The notes under the pieces: generated by a model
The model's input: the letters and a program-made list of their open reading frames with translations, nothing else
The model's database searches: none
Told to the model about the DNA's origin: nothing
Position numbers and translations under genes: made by a program
Part shown: in pieces, positions 47,947 through 58,796 of the stretch
Position numbering within the stretch: the stretch's first letter is position 1
How the letters are laid out: each line of letters starts with the position of its first letter
DNA from: Candidatus Iainarchaeum sp.
GTDB lineage: Archaea; B1Sed10-29; WALL01
DNA length: 64,000 nt
Direction: 5' to 3'
Assembly: GCA_023129115.1 (NCBI GenBank)
Contig: JAGMCR010000002.1
Location: 78,753 to 142,752 of the forward strand

Positions 47947-48236
47947 TTCAGCTCCTTAACCAGCTTTTTTATCGCGTCGAGCTCCTGCTCGAGCGCCGTC
48001 TTTTCCTGTTCAAGTATGCCCAGTTGCTGCTCTTTCGAGAGCTCGACCGGCTGCGGCGCTGGGCCCCAAAAGCGCATTCCACGGCCAAAGCCCCTTCCTC
48101 TGCCCCAGCCCATTCCCAAGCCCATTCCCGGGCTGGGGTTGGCGAAGCCGGGCGCGTTGAATCCCGCGCAGTACCCGAGGCTTCTTCCTGTCCTGGGCCC
48201 CCTTCCAGCGGGGCCTGTTCCGTCTCCTCTTGGCAT
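47943..48236 (-). CDS. DUF5320-like protein
   Basis: [19 protein letters not shown]; GGAGGTGA SD. Confidence 0.85.
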   Translation of the reverse strand: MPRGDGTGPAGRGPRTGRSLGYCAGFNAPGFANPSPGMGLGMGWGRGRGFGRGMRFWGPAPQPVELSKEQQLGILEQEKTALEQELDAIKKLVKELK

Positions 48237-48256
48237 GAATACATCACCTCCTTTTA

Positions 48257-48324
48257 AATTATTATCCATAAAGGATATGGATTATTATTCATTAACTAGT
48301 ATTTAATAGTTACGGATAATAATT
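48257..48324. promoter_or_regulatory. AT-rich inverted repeats upstream of the Fe-S/NifB-X operon
   Basis: AATTATTATCCATAA (48257-48271) vs TTACGGATAATAATT (48310-48324), 14/15; inner ATCCATA-N5-TATGGAT. Confidence 0.55.
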
Positions 48325-48439
48325 CATATCTTTGAGGGGGCTTGGCGGGCGCTCCCCCAGCACCCTTTTATACCCCCTCTGCTGCAATAAGGCTTTGTCC
48401 GGCTGGCGGTATGCCTGCCCGGTTTAAGAGGCGAAATAG

Positions 48440-48688
48440 ATGTATAACGACAGAGGTGGCGGTCACGGCGGCCACAGAGGCGGAGGCGGCCACAAGAGTG
48501 GCGGCGGCTCCAGAGGCGGAGGCGGCGGTTACGGCGGGGGAGGCGGCTACGGCGGCTCCCGACAGACGTACAAGGCGGTTTGCGCCGACTGCGGACAAGA
48601 ATGCGACTTGCCCTTCAAGCCAACTGAGGGCAGGCCGGTCTACTGCAGGGAGTGCTACGCCAAGCACAAGCCAAAGCGTGACGACTAA
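48440..48688 (+). CDS. CxxC-x17-CxxC domain protein
   Basis: Gly-rich N-terminus; CADCGQECDLPFKPTEGRPVYCRECY. Confidence 0.9.
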   Translation: MYNDRGGGHGGHRGGGGHKSGGGSRGGGGGYGGGGGYGGSRQTYKAVCADCGQECDLPFKPTEGRPVYCRECYAKHKPKRDD

Positions 48689-48836
48689 AAGGCTTAAACC
48701 CCGGGGGCCAACCCCCCCGCATCCACTTTTTCTTGGGGAATTGGCATAAAAGCCTTCCTAAGCAGCCCTTCTATGTTATGCCTTTATATACCCTACTGGT
48801 TCTCTAATAGCCCAATACTTTATTAGAGGAATTTAA

Positions 48837-49028
48837 ATGAACGGTACAGTAAAATGGTTTAACACGACCAAAGGATTCGGCTTCATTGAAAAGGAAGACG
48901 GAAAAGACATCTTCGTTCACACAAACGACATCGAAGAAGGCACCAACTTGAACGAGGGCGACAAAGTCGAGTTCGACACCGAGGACAGCCCGAAAGGGCC
49001 CAGGGCAGTTAAGGTAAAGAAAGTTTAA
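48837..49028 (+). CDS. csp: Cold-shock protein
   Basis: GTVKWFN, KGFGFI, DIFVH. Confidence 0.95.
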   Translation: MNGTVKWFNTTKGFGFIEKEDGKDIFVHTNDIEEGTNLNEGDKVEFDTEDSPKGPRAVKVKKV

Positions 49029-49115
49029 ACTCTTTCTTAGGCTAGTTTCCCAGGATGCCATAGCGGCAGCGCTCCCCCCCAAATCCTTTTATTCCCCCGG
49101 CACGTTTAGGGGGGC

Positions 49116-49235
49116 ATGGGGGCCGAAATACCTGAAGGCGCCGCAATCATCATGTGGATAGTGGTCGCGCTGGCCATACTCGGGCTGCTCTTGCTGCTCA
49201 ACGACCAGGGGTCAATCCCCTGCATCCTGTGCTAG
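49116..49235 (+). CDS. Small single-TM protein (39 aa)
   Basis: MGAEIPEGAAIIMWIVVALAILGLLLLLNDQGSIPCILC; below the ORF-track cutoff. Confidence 0.5.
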   Translation: MGAEIPEGAAIIMWIVVALAILGLLLLLNDQGSIPCILC

Positions 49236-49283
49236 GGGTGGGGACCAATGCAGATATAAACTCCTTCCCCATAACAGGCTTTG

Positions 49284-49451
49284 ATGCCGGAAAAGGAAGA
49301 CTACGTGGCCCCGCCGCCAAGCCTCAAGCAAGACCTTAGCCACGTGGGCGGCTCGCTCCTGCTGCACGACCTCAAGAAATGGGCCAGTAGCTACTGGTGG
49401 GTCATAGCCCTAGTCCTCGTCGTGTTCGTCATCATGAGGATGACGAACTGA
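49284..49451 (+). CDS. Small single-TM protein (55 aa)
   Basis: MPEKEDYVAPPP...YWWVIALVLVVFVIMRMTN; GATATAAA upstream. Confidence 0.55.
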   Translation: MPEKEDYVAPPPSLKQDLSHVGGSLLLHDLKKWASSYWWVIALVLVVFVIMRMTN

Positions 49452-49500
49452 AAAAAACCTGCCACCCCTTTTTTATACCCCTGGCGAGTTGAAGCTAGCG

Positions 49501-50016
49501 ATGGACGTGAATCACCTTGCCGTGCTTTCAGTTGTAGTCCTTGCGCTGCTGGCCGGGTGCGCCGAGCTCGGGATCGAGCCCCCCGAGCAGTCAACCCCAA
49601 CCCCTGCCCCCACCCCTGTACGGGCCCCAAAGGCCGTCACGCCCACGCCCACCCCCCTGCCGCACAAAATCGGCTGCGTAATCGACAACCTGGACCAATT
49701 CAAGTGGACAGCCACAGAAGGCGTGCTCAAGATGCCCGCGACAATTAGGGTAGGCCCGTACAACTTCACGTACGACGGCAAAACCACCCGCGAAATGAAT
49801 TGCTACATGGGCAAAAAGCTGAAAGAAGACATTGACAACCACTACTGCTCCCAGCTGACGGAAGACAAGTACAAGCTGGTGACGCCGCTTGAGACAGACG
49901 AGCAAGGCATTATCACCAGCCTCGCCCACACCTACCGCCTCAGCAACCTAAAAATCGAGGCCGACAAAACCGGCCACATCCTAAGCCACTCCTGCACAAT
50001 CCGCAGGATCAACTGA
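49501..50016 (+). CDS. Hypothetical lipoprotein with Pro/Thr linker
   Basis: Lipobox LAGC; PTPAPTP. Confidence 0.75.
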   Translation: MDVNHLAVLSVVVLALLAGCAELGIEPPEQSTPTPAPTPVRAPKAVTPTPTPLPHKIGCVIDNLDQFKWTATEGVLKMPATIRVGPYNFTYDGKTTREMNCYMGKKLKEDIDNHYCSQLTEDKYKLVTPLETDEQGIITSLAHTYRLSNLKIEADKTGHILSHSCTIRRIN

Positions 50017-50058
50017 CCCCCCCACTGTTTTTATACATGAACCGCGTTTCTTGGAGCC

Positions 50059-50445
50059 ATGTGCTTCAAGAACAAGTACGCCAACATAGTCTTGTACGGG
50101 CTCGTGCTCTGGCTCGTCCCGTTCCTCGTGGGGTTCCTCTTCGTCGACGCGAGCGGCAACTTCCTGATTCCCCAGACCTTCTTCAAGACCATTATGGTAG
50201 TGGCCGGCTTGCTCGTCGGCGTAATCCTCGCGGTGAAGTACTTCAGGACAGTCAAGAAAAACTTTGTGAACGAAGGCCTCCTGCTCGGCGCCACGTGGCT
50301 TGTGATAAGCCTCGCCATTGACCTGGTGCTGGTCTACGCGGGCTTTTTCCCGATGACAGTCGCCCAGTACTTCACCGACATTGGGCTCCGCTACCTCGCA
50401 ATGCCAATCTACACGATTGGCATGGGCTACGCCTTGAAGAAATAG
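50059..50445 (+). CDS. Hypothetical 4-TM membrane protein
   Basis: WLVPF, FFKTIM, YFTDIGLRYL; hydrophobic. Confidence 0.75.
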   Translation: MCFKNKYANIVLYGLVLWLVPFLVGFLFVDASGNFLIPQTFFKTIMVVAGLLVGVILAVKYFRTVKKNFVNEGLLLGATWLVISLAIDLVLVYAGFFPMTVAQYFTDIGLRYLAMPIYTIGMGYALKK

Positions 50446-50452
50446 GTGCCGC

Positions 50453-50839
50453 ATGGAATTCAAAAAACTGATGAAGGAAAAAATAGCCAGGGCAAAAGAG
50501 TCCCGCATCGCCAAGTTCATCATTTCGGCCACCCCCAAGAAAAACGGTGTGTACATACTCGCGCTAGTCAACGTCGTGTGTACCACCCTCCTCGGCGCCG
50601 TTATTACTTACCCACTATACAAACTGCTTGGCATCCGTGGAGCGCTGCCCACCACCCTGCTCACAGCCGCGGTCGTCGTGGTAATCCTTGCCTCCCTAGT
50701 CAACCGATGGCTGGACACCGGCTTCGGCAGAAAAGCCCTCAAGGGCCTGCTCCCACTCGCAATCTTTTTTTCGCTGCCCTTCGGCGTGCTCAGCCTGCCC
50801 CTGCTGCGGAGAATCGTGGTGGACAAGCCCAAGCGATAG
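50453..50839 (+). CDS. Hypothetical membrane protein
   Basis: 3 TM segments; directly follows the previous gene. Confidence 0.65.
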   Translation: MEFKKLMKEKIARAKESRIAKFIISATPKKNGVYILALVNVVCTTLLGAVITYPLYKLLGIRGALPTTLLTAAVVVVILASLVNRWLDTGFGRKALKGLLPLAIFFSLPFGVLSLPLLRRIVVDKPKR

Positions 50840-50891
50840 CACGTTCTTTTATATCCCCACGGCATTAGGCTTAGGCATACGGAGATATAAA

Positions 50892-51470
50892 ATGAAGCTC
50901 GCCCTGCTGTTCGCACTGCTCCTCCTCGCGGGATGCGTCGAAGTCTCGGAAGGGCTCCCGCTCGATTTGATTGGGGTCAAGCCGACGCCCGCACCAACAA
51001 TTGACGTGCCAATCCCAACTCCATTCTCAACACCAACGCCCACGGCAATCCCGACTCCCGCCCCAACCCCAACCCCCTTCACCTATTCCTGCGAAAAAGA
51101 GTACGACCCGCTTACTGCCGCGGAAATATACTTGATGACCGACTGCTTCAGGCGCAACGGGCAGTACCACGCGTGCATCAAGTGGGGCATCGAGCGGGCG
51201 CTCGAGAACCAGGCGGACAACTTCCCGCTGACAAAAGCGTATTACGGCTCGGCCCAGCGGTGCGCCATTGACCTGGGCTACACCGACGTATCCATCAAAA
51301 TCGGGAAGTGGCTCGCCGCGTACGACTCGTGCTGGCTCCCCAACCTCCAGCCATACGACGCCTGCCTCGGCACGTACAAAACCGCGAACCGCGAGAACTG
51401 GGTCGGCCCCGAAGAGCTCGGGGACATAGCCCAAGGCTACGCCGCCGAGGCAGCAAAAGAATTGTCCTAG
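50892..51470 (+). CDS. Hypothetical lipoprotein with Pro/Thr linker and Cys-containing domain
   Basis: Lipobox LAGC; PTPT repeats. Confidence 0.78.
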   Translation: MKLALLFALLLLAGCVEVSEGLPLDLIGVKPTPAPTIDVPIPTPFSTPTPTAIPTPAPTPTPFTYSCEKEYDPLTAAEIYLMTDCFRRNGQYHACIKWGIERALENQADNFPLTKAYYGSAQRCAIDLGYTDVSIKIGKWLAAYDSCWLPNLQPYDACLGTYKTANRENWVGPEELGDIAQGYAAEAAKELS

Positions 51471-54400
51471 AGGTACTCGCCCCAGTGCTTTATCTCGAGT
51501 TCCGAGCTGCTCTCCATTGCCTTCACAAAGAGCTTCGCAATCTGGAGGTTAGTGAACAGCGGCACAGAAAAGTCCGCCGCAGTCCTCCGCAGCAGATAAG
51601 CGCTGTCAAAGCTGTTCTTTTTCAGGGGATTTGGAATCGACATCACAAGCTCGATTTTGCCTTCCTTGATGTAGTCCATTGTGTTCGGCTTCTTGTGCTC
51701 GTGCGCCTTGTAAATCAATGTGTTCTCCACTCCGTGCCCCGTCAAAAACTCGCTCGTGTGCTCAGTCGCGAAAATGTTGAAGCCCATTGCCTTAAGCCTC
51801 GCCGCGTACTTGAGGAACCGGTGCTTGTTCTCGTCCCCGCCGATGCTCACCAAAATGTTTTCCTTTGGCAGCGAATACCCCGTCGACAGCAACGACTTCA
51901 AAAACGCCTCGCACACGTCCTCGCCAAGGCACCCGACCTCTCCAGTCGAGGCCATCTCCACGCCCGACACGGGGTCCGCGCCCTTCAGCCTCGAGAACGA
52001 GAACTGCGGCGCCTTCACGCCGACGTAATCCAAGTCAAGCGTTGACTTGCAGTTCTTCACTTCCTCGCCCAGCATCGCCCTCGTCGCCAGCTCCACGAAG
52101 TTCACGCCCGTCACCTTGGACACGAACGGGAAGCTCCGCGACGCCCGCAGGTTGCACTCAATCACCTTGATGTCGTTGTCCTTCGCGATGAACTGGATGT
52201 TGAACGGGCCCGTGATGTTCAGCGCCGAAGCGATTTTTTCTCCCGTCCTCCGTATCCTCCTCACGGTCTCGATGTAAGTCTTCTGCGGCGGGAGCACCAT
52301 TGTCGCGTCGCCCGAATGCACGCCCGCGTTCTCGATGTGCTCCGTGATTGCAGACGTCACAATTTTGCCGTCCTTGGCAACAGCGTCCATCTCAATTTCC
52401 TTCGCGTTCATGATGAACTTGCTTATCACGACTGGGTGCTCCCGCGACACCATGGACGCCCTCGCCAAATACTTGTCGAGGTCCCCCTCGTCGAACACCA
52501 CGGTCATCGCCGCGCCGCTAAGCACGTAGGAGGGCCGCACCAGCACGGGATACCCGACACTGTCCGCGAAGCCCTTCGCCTCGCCGACGCTCTTCAATTC
52601 CTTCCACTGCGGCTGGTCCACGCCAAGCCCGTCCAACAGCCGCGAGAACTTGTACCTGTCCTCGGCGCGGTCAATGTCCTCGGGCGAAGTCCCGAGAATC
52701 TTCATCCCCGCCTCGTGGCACTTCAGCGCAATGTTGTTCGGTATCTGGCCGCCCATCGACAAGAGCACGCCGCGCGGCCTTTCCTTTTCGTAAATGTCCA
52801 TCACGCGCTCGAAGCTCAGCTCGTCAAAATACAGCTTGTCGCACGTGTCATAGTCAGTCGAAACCGTCTCGGGGTTGTAGTTCACCATCAGCGTCGTGTG
52901 CCCCATCTTCTTCAGCGCCTGCACCGCGCTCACACAGCACCAGTCGAACTCCACGGACGACCCGATGCTGTACGGCCCCGAGCCAAGCACCATGACCTTG
53001 CCCTCGCCGCCGAACTCGACGTCGTCCTCTGTCCCGCTGTACGTCAGGTAAAGATAATTGGTCTTCGCCGGGTACTCGGCCGCAAGCGTGTCAATCTGCT
53101 TCACCACGGGCCGCACGCCCAGGAAGAGCCTCCTCTCCCTCACCGCAGCCTCGCTCTCTCCCGTGATAATCGCGATTTGCTTGTCGGAAAAGCCCTTCTG
53201 CTTCGCCTCGATGAACAATTCCCTCGTGATTTCGCCGAGCTTGTACCGGGCCAGGCTCGCCTCAAGGCCAACCAGGTTCTTTATCTTGTAAAGGAACCAC
53301 TTGTCAATCTTCGACAGCCCGTGGATCTCATCAATAGACCTGCCCTTGCGGAGTGCCTCTGCCACGCCGAACAAGCGCTCGTCAGACGGGTGCTCCAGCT
53401 CCTTCTCCACGCTCGTGAACGAATAGTTCTCGTTGCACACCACGCCGTACATCCCAACCTGCAGAATCCTCGCCGCCTTCTGCAGCGCCTCCTCGAAAGT
53501 CCGGCCAATCGCCATCACTTCCCCAACGGACTTCATCTCGGTGCCAATCCGCGTCGACACGCGCCGGAACTTCTTCAGGTCCCACCGCGGAATCTTGACC
53601 ACAACGTAGTCCAGCGCCGGCTCGAAGCACGCCGTCGTGCTCTGCGTCACCGAGTTCTTCAGCTCCGGCAGGGAATACCCCAGCCCCAGCTTCGCCGCGA
53701 CAAACGCGAGCGGGTAGCCAGTCGCCTTGCTCGCGAGCGCCGAGCTCCTCGACAAGCGCGCGTTCACCTCGATAATCCTGTAGTCCCCGTTCTCGGGGTT
53801 GAGCGCGAACTGGATGTTGCCCTCCCCCACAATCCCGATGTGCCGAATCGCGCGAATCGAAATTTCCCTTAGCATGTGGTACTCGCCGTTCGTCAAGGTC
53901 TGCGACGGCGCGACCACGATGCTCTCCCCTGTATGAATCCCCATGGGGTCGAAGTTCTCCATGTTGCACACAGTGATGCAATTGTCTTCCGCGTCGCGCA
54001 CCACTTCATACTCAATCTCTTTCCAGCCCCCGAGGTATTCCTCAATCAATACCTGGGGCGCGCACGTGAACGCTTCCCCGAGCTTCTCCCGCAGCTCTTT
54101 TTCGTCCCGCACCATTCCGCTTCCCCTGCCCCCGAGCGCGTACGCAACTCTTGCCATGACTGGGTAGCCAATCTCTTTTGCCGCCGCGACGCCGCCCTCG
54201 ACACCCTCCACGGCAATCCCGCGCGCGGCCTTCAGCCCGACCTCGGCGAGCCGCTGGTTGAACAATTCCCGGTCCTCGGTGTTAATAATTGTCTCCACCG
54301 GCGTCCCGAGCACTTTCACGCCGTGCTTCTCCAGCACGCCTTTTTTCCACAGCTCGACCCCACAGTTCAGCGCGGTCTGCCCGCCGAACGACAGCAGCAC

Positions 54401-54637
54401 GCCCCCCGGCTTTTCCTTTTCAATCACTTTCTCGACGAACTCCGGCGTCACCGGAAGGAAGTAAACCCTGTCCGCCAGCCCCCTCGACGTCTGGACCGTC
54501 GCGATGTTGGGGTTCACGAGCACGACCTCGATGCCCTCTTCCTTCAATGCCTTGATGGCCTGGCTGCCCGAGTAGTCGAACTCGCCGGCCTCCCCAATCT
54601 TCAGCGCGCCGCTCCCGAGGAGCAAAACTTTCTTCAT
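51467..54637 (-). CDS. carB: Carbamoyl-phosphate synthase large subunit
   Basis: [17 protein letters not shown], two ATP-grasp halves (HTGES, HSGDA), MGS domain; ATG at 54637. Confidence 0.97.
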   Translation of the reverse strand: MKKVLLLGSGALKIGEAGEFDYSGSQAIKALKEEGIEVVLVNPNIATVQTSRGLADRVYFLPVTPEFVEKVIEKEKPGGVLLSFGGQTALNCGVELWKKGVLEKHGVKVLGTPVETIINTEDRELFNQRLAEVGLKAARGIAVEGVEGGVAAAKEIGYPVMARVAYALGGRGSGMVRDEKELREKLGEAFTCAPQVLIEEYLGGWKEIEYEVVRDAEDNCITVCNMENFDPMGIHTGESIVVAPSQTLTNGEYHMLREISIRAIRHIGIVGEGNIQFALNPENGDYRIIEVNARLSRSSALASKATGYPLAFVAAKLGLGYSLPELKNSVTQSTTACFEPALDYVVVKIPRWDLKKFRRVSTRIGTEMKSVGEVMAIGRTFEEALQKAARILQVGMYGVVCNENYSFTSVEKELEHPSDERLFGVAEALRKGRSIDEIHGLSKIDKWFLYKIKNLVGLEASLARYKLGEITRELFIEAKQKGFSDKQIAIITGESEAAVRERRLFLGVRPVVKQIDTLAAEYPAKTNYLYLTYSGTEDDVEFGGEGKVMVLGSGPYSIGSSVEFDWCCVSAVQALKKMGHTTLMVNYNPETVSTDYDTCDKLYFDELSFERVMDIYEKERPRGVLLSMGGQIPNNIALKCHEAGMKILGTSPEDIDRAEDRYKFSRLLDGLGVDQPQWKELKSVGEAKGFADSVGYPVLVRPSYVLSGAAMTVVFDEGDLDKYLARASMVSREHPVVISKFIMNAKEIEMDAVAKDGKIVTSAITEHIENAGVHSGDATMVLPPQKTYIETVRRIRRTGEKIASALNITGPFNIQFIAKDNDIKVIECNLRASRSFPFVSKVTGVNFVELATRAMLGEEVKNCKSTLDLDYVGVKAPQFSFSRLKGADPVSGVEMASTGEVGCLGEDVCEAFLKSLLSTGYSLPKENILVSIGGDENKHRFLKYAARLKAMGFNIFATEHTSEFLTGHGVENTLIYKAHEHKKPNTMDYIKEGKIELVMSIPNPLKKNSFDSAYLLRRTAADFSVPLFTNLQIAKLFVKAMESSSELEIKHWGEYL

Positions 54638-55707
54638 TCCACTCCCTCCAGGAACCTGTCGAACAAGAACTCGGTGTCCACTGGCCCGGGCCTTGCCTCG
54701 GGGTGGAACTGCACGCTCATCCAGGGCTTGCTCCTGTGGGTTATTCCCTCGTTCGTCCCGTCGTTCGCGTTCGTGAACCACACGCGCCACTCGCTCGGCA
54801 GCGAGTCGGCGTCCACGGCAAAGCCGTGGTTCTGCGTCGTGATGTAGGCGCGCTTCGTCCCCTCCTCGAGGCAGGGCTGGTTCTGGCTCCGGTGGCCAAA
54901 CTTGAGCTTGTAAGTGTCCGCCCCCGACGCGAGCGCGAGCATCTGGCTCCCGAGGCAGATGCCGAACAGCGGAATTTCCTCGCCCATGAGCCCCTGCACT
55001 GCCTTGATGGTGTCCCTGCACTGCTTGGGGTCGCCGGGGCCGTTCGATACCACTACCCCGCCGGGGTCGTGCTTCATTATTTCCCGGTGGCCCGTGCCCG
55101 CGGGCACGCGCACCACTCTCGCGCCGCGCTTCACGAGCGAGCGCACGATGTTTTCCTTGGCGCCGCAGTCAATGAGCACCACGGTCTTGTCCCCGTCGCC
55201 GTATCCTTTAGGTTCCGCCACAGTTACCTCGGAGACGAGGTCCCTTGTGTTTGGGTCGGGGATGTACTTGGCCTCTTCGCGGAGTGCCTTGATGTCCGCC
55301 CGCCCATCGTACGTCTGGAGAATGCCGAGCATTACGCCGTGGACCCGCAGCCGCTTCGTGAGCGCGCGCGTGTCGATGCCGCTGATTCCGGGGACCCCGC
55401 TATCCTTGAGCCACGCGTCCAGTGTTTTTTCTGACGTGGCGTGGGACGGCTCTGTGCAGAGCTCGCTTATGGCGTGGCCCTGGATGCGCGGCCTGGCGGA
55501 CTCGAAGTCCTTGCTGGCCACGCCGTAGTTGCCTATCAATGGATAGGTCTGGCACAGGATTTGCCCGTGGTAGGACGGGTCTGTAATTGATTCTGTATAC
55601 CCCACCATGCCGGTGTTGAACACTACTTCTCCAGAAACAGTGGCGAGGGCGCCAAAGCCCTTGCCTTCCCAGACACTTCCGTCCTCCAGCACTAGTACTG
55701 CCCTAAT
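54634..55707 (-). CDS. carA: Carbamoyl-phosphate synthase small subunit
   Basis: [35 protein letters not shown]; apparent start codon is ATT. Confidence 0.95.
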   Translation of the reverse strand: MRAVLVLEDGSVWEGKGFGALATVSGEVVFNTGMVGYTESITDPSYHGQILCQTYPLIGNYGVASKDFESARPRIQGHAISELCTEPSHATSEKTLDAWLKDSGVPGISGIDTRALTKRLRVHGVMLGILQTYDGRADIKALREEAKYIPDPNTRDLVSEVTVAEPKGYGDGDKTVVLIDCGAKENIVRSLVKRGARVVRVPAGTGHREIMKHDPGGVVVSNGPGDPKQCRDTIKAVQGLMGEEIPLFGICLGSQMLALASGADTYKLKFGHRSQNQPCLEEGTKRAYITTQNHGFAVDADSLPSEWRVWFTNANDGTNEGITHRSKPWMSVQFHPEARPGPVDTEFLFDRFLEGVE

Positions 55708-55798
55708 GGTAAAAACCCTTGCTATAATTAGCGCTAAGCCCTTAAAATAGTTGTGGTGATGCGAAAAAGTAATAAACTCTTGTGGAGTAGTCCAACGC

Positions 55799-56098
55799 AT
55801 GAAGCGCTTCGCACTCTTTTTGGTTGTTGCCATGCTCGCGCTTGTCGGATGCGTCGAAGTGGGCGCTGGCCCTGAAGTGGCCGGGGCAGCCCCAACCATC
55901 ACCCCATCCAACGACACGACACAGCAATTCCCCCCGGTCTGGGAATGCAGGGAACTGGCCTGGATGGACAACACTACCAATGAATGCGTCGTCAAGGAGT
56001 TCTGCGAAGAGTTCACGGATGGGGGGCTTTATACGTTTGAGGACTCACTCCGGGACTGTGAGGACGGCTTGTTCGAGGAAAGCCAGGAGATGAGCTAA
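55799..56098 (+). CDS. Small lipoprotein
   Basis: Lipobox LVGC; four further Cys. Confidence 0.7.
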   Translation: MKRFALFLVVAMLALVGCVEVGAGPEVAGAAPTITPSNDTTQQFPPVWECRELAWMDNTTNECVVKEFCEEFTDGGLYTFEDSLRDCEDGLFEESQEMS

Positions 56099-56208
56099 TG
56101 GCAAATATTGAAGAAATAGCAAAGAAACTGGAAGAGCTCGAGAAGCGCGTCGAAACGCTCGAGCAAAGGACCCACCCGAAGCCGCCACAGCCAAGAGAGC
56201 GCTTTTAG
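56098..56208 (+). CDS. Small coiled-coil protein (36 aa)
   Basis: MANIEEIAKKLEELEKRVETLEQRTHPKPPQPRERF; TAATG coupling to the upstream gene. Confidence 0.55.
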   Translation: MANIEEIAKKLEELEKRVETLEQRTHPKPPQPRERF

Positions 56209-58139
56209 ATCCCGGGCGGGCCGTAGTTCTCCGCGGGCTTCTCTTCTTCGGTGGGCTCTGAATAGGTTTCGTCGTAGTCAGAGACTTTTCTCACGCGCTC
56301 CGTGGTTACAGTGCGGACCGGCACGGGCTTCGCGTGCTCGTACCCCTTGACGCCTGCCTCGCCCGCACACTCCTCGTACTTCCTGTCGTAGCACTCGTCA
56401 ATCTTGGGCTGGCACTCTTGCATTGCCTCTTCGTAGCACCGGTTGACCTCGTCCCAGCAGCTCTTGTCAATGTTCCGCTCGCACTCCCGCTGCTTGTGCT
56501 CTAAGTCGTCCTGGATTTCGCGCTCGCACTCGCGGCGCTTTTGGGTCCACTCGTCCTCGATTTTTTCCTGGCAGTCCCTGCCCGACGACTCAATTTCCTC
56601 GTTTATCTTGCGCTCGCACTCCCTCCACTTGTCCTGTGCCTCTTCGTCCCACCGCTTCGAGCACGCCCGCGCGTCGTCGTTGCAGTCCTCGACCTTGCGG
56701 TCAAAGCCCTTGTTCAGCTCGTCGCACTCCGAGTTCCCCTTTGCATTGTAGTCGTCCCACACCTCATTGCAGTCCGAATTGGCTTGCGAGTCATACTCGT
56801 TCCAGATGTCAGAGCAGTCATAGTCCGTGTAGTAAGTCTCGTTCGTTGTCTCGTTCACGTGCACTGACTTCTCCGCGAGCTCGTCGCACTCGGCTTCGGC
56901 TTTGGCGTTGTACTCTTCCCGGATGTCGTTGCACTCCGCTTCAGCCTTTGAGTTGTACTCCTCCCAGATGTCCGAGCAGTCCACGTCGTACTTGATGTCC
57001 TCGCACTCTTCCCAGCACCCGCGCTGCTTGGCGTCGTAGTACTCATTGTCGTAGCAGTCGTCCATGCGGTCTTCCCAGTCCTCTGGCCAGCAGTCGCGCA
57101 TCAAGTCCTCGTAGTAATAGTCGTCGACGCACTCCCTCATGCGGTCGTCCCACTCGTACGGGTCGTAGCACTCATGCATCTGGTCCTCGCACTCCCAGCT
57201 GAGCTCTTTGCACTTGTCGTCGACGAGGTCCTGGCACTCCCAGTTCATTTCCTCGCACTCCCAGTGCGCGCTGTCCATGCACTCCCGGATCTCCATGCCC
57301 TCGTGCTCCGGGTTGGGCGGGGCGCCCATCTCGCCGAACGGGCCCGCACTCTTCGTTAGGTCCATGTCCGCGACAACGATGACGTACGCGCCATCGACCG
57401 TGACGGACTTTATTTCGACGCCTTCCCCGCCGAGCTCTTCCTTGGCCTTTCCCTTCATCGCCTGCGCGGCCGCGGCGTCCGCGAACTTGCCGATGAACGT
57501 GGTGTGCGCGATGTTGCCCTCGACTGTGGCAGAGATGCCCATTTTTTCCGGGCTGTCCTCCCCCTCATCCATCTTCTGGCTCGCCATCAGGAAGTCGCCG
57601 TCCGGCAGCCTCGACAAAATGCCTTCGAAGTCATTCACCGCATTGGCCCCGCCGTTCTTAACGTCAATTATTTTCTTCAGGTTGCTTGGCTCGGCGAGGT
57701 ATACTCTGTTGTCCTTCGTGAAGTATGACGGCCCGCCCGTGGACTTGATTACGTACCCGCCGTACGTCTCTTCCACAGACTTTTCTCCGCCCGCCTGCGA
57801 AATCCTTTGCGTAACAATCGGGATTATGCCGCTCAAGTCAAAAGCGCCCTCGACAATCATTGTCTCCGGCCCGTCCCTCATGTCACTGATGGCAATGGCC
57901 CGCAGCGACTTGACCGCCAGGCCGAACGCCGCCATCTCGGCCGGGACGCCCATCTTGTCAATCACGACGGGGTTGGCACTCAATTTGTTGACGTCGGCAA
58001 ACATTATGAACGCCGACCCGCTCGGCGCCTCGTTCGCGACCCAGTAAAGCCTGTTCTGGTAACTCCCCTCGCTGGACGTGAACGGCGTCACGCACCCGGC
58101 GAGCAGCACTGCAATAATTAGAATGGCAAGCCTCTTCAT
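56205..58139 (-). CDS. Lipoprotein with long acidic Cys-periodic C-terminal region
   Basis: Lipobox LAGC after ATG 58139; globular N-terminal half; 28 regularly spaced Cys. Confidence 0.85.
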   Translation of the reverse strand: MKRLAILIIAVLLAGCVTPFTSSEGSYQNRLYWVANEAPSGSAFIMFADVNKLSANPVVIDKMGVPAEMAAFGLAVKSLRAIAISDMRDGPETMIVEGAFDLSGIIPIVTQRISQAGGEKSVEETYGGYVIKSTGGPSYFTKDNRVYLAEPSNLKKIIDVKNGGANAVNDFEGILSRLPDGDFLMASQKMDEGEDSPEKMGISATVEGNIAHTTFIGKFADAAAAQAMKGKAKEELGGEGVEIKSVTVDGAYVIVVADMDLTKSAGPFGEMGAPPNPEHEGMEIRECMDSAHWECEEMNWECQDLVDDKCKELSWECEDQMHECYDPYEWDDRMRECVDDYYYEDLMRDCWPEDWEDRMDDCYDNEYYDAKQRGCWEECEDIKYDVDCSDIWEEYNSKAEAECNDIREEYNAKAEAECDELAEKSVHVNETTNETYYTDYDCSDIWNEYDSQANSDCNEVWDDYNAKGNSECDELNKGFDRKVEDCNDDARACSKRWDEEAQDKWRECERKINEEIESSGRDCQEKIEDEWTQKRRECEREIQDDLEHKQRECERNIDKSCWDEVNRCYEEAMQECQPKIDECYDRKYEECAGEAGVKGYEHAKPVPVRTVTTERVRKVSDYDETYSEPTEEEKPAENYGPPGI

Positions 58140-58194
58140 GAAAGAACACCTACCCCCAACTAGGGATAAGGGAGTATAATAAAGTGCCGCCCCC

Positions 58195-58344
58195 CTACGC
58201 CCCGCCTTTTTGCTTGCACTCGTCAGAGCAGAACCGCCCGGCGTCCATCGAGCAGTAGAGGCAGCCAAATGCCTTTCCGCACCACATGCAGCGCTTGATG
58301 CCCGCGTCCTCGACTTTTTTCCCGCATTTTGGGCAAGTTTGCAT
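58195..58344 (-). CDS. Small double zinc-ribbon protein
   Basis: CPKC..CMWC..CLYC..CSDEC in 49 aa. Confidence 0.7.
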   Translation of the reverse strand: MQTCPKCGKKVEDAGIKRCMWCGKAFGCLYCSMDAGRFCSDECKQKGGA

Positions 58345-58348
58345 TGGG

Positions 58349-58591
58349 TCACTTCCGCTTGTACAGGTAGAACCCGCCCACCACGACCAGGGCAACTCCC
58401 CACAGGACTATCACTGTTGCGAACACCCGGTCGAGCAGGAGTGCGGGGTTCAGCAGCAGGTTCACGCCGAACCACGCGTACGTCGCCGCAGCGACTAACA
58501 AAAGCAGCGTCTGCAGCGCCGTGGGCACAGCACCTGGCTTCCCGTAGCTCTGCCTCGGCTTTGCCTTTTTTCTGGGCTTTTTCTTTGCCAT
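58349..58591 (-). CDS. Small 2-TM membrane protein
   Basis: Lys-rich N-terminus, two hydrophobic helices. Confidence 0.65.
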   Translation of the reverse strand: MAKKKPRKKAKPRQSYGKPGAVPTALQTLLLLVAAATYAWFGVNLLLNPALLLDRVFATVIVLWGVALVVVGGFYLYKRK

Positions 58592-58796
58592 ACCAACACC
58601 TTATTCACTTCATATAAAAAAGCTTTACGCTTCCCCAGTGGACTTGGGGGCACAATAAAGCCAACTGGCAAGGACTTGGGGGGCGCCAATCGGCGCCCCC
58701 CCAGAGGCCGGTGCTACTGCCCCCCCAGAGGCCGATTAGCGATTTGCTTCCAAAAAGCCTTATGCTTTTAAACCACTTCTTCCTATTAACGCGTTC

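Noticed and set aside
54612-54620. CTCCCGAGG inside carB (also CCCGAGG at base 1)
   Set aside because: Short partial match within coding sequence, without end modules.
52316-55528. Long + strand ORFs (518, 323, 243, 204 aa)
   Set aside because: Antisense shadows of GC3-rich carB/carA.
58676-58734. GCCCCCCCAGAGGCCG duplicated in an intergenic gap
   Set aside because: Only two short GC-rich copies with no link to the cassette modules; probably a local duplication or hairpin.
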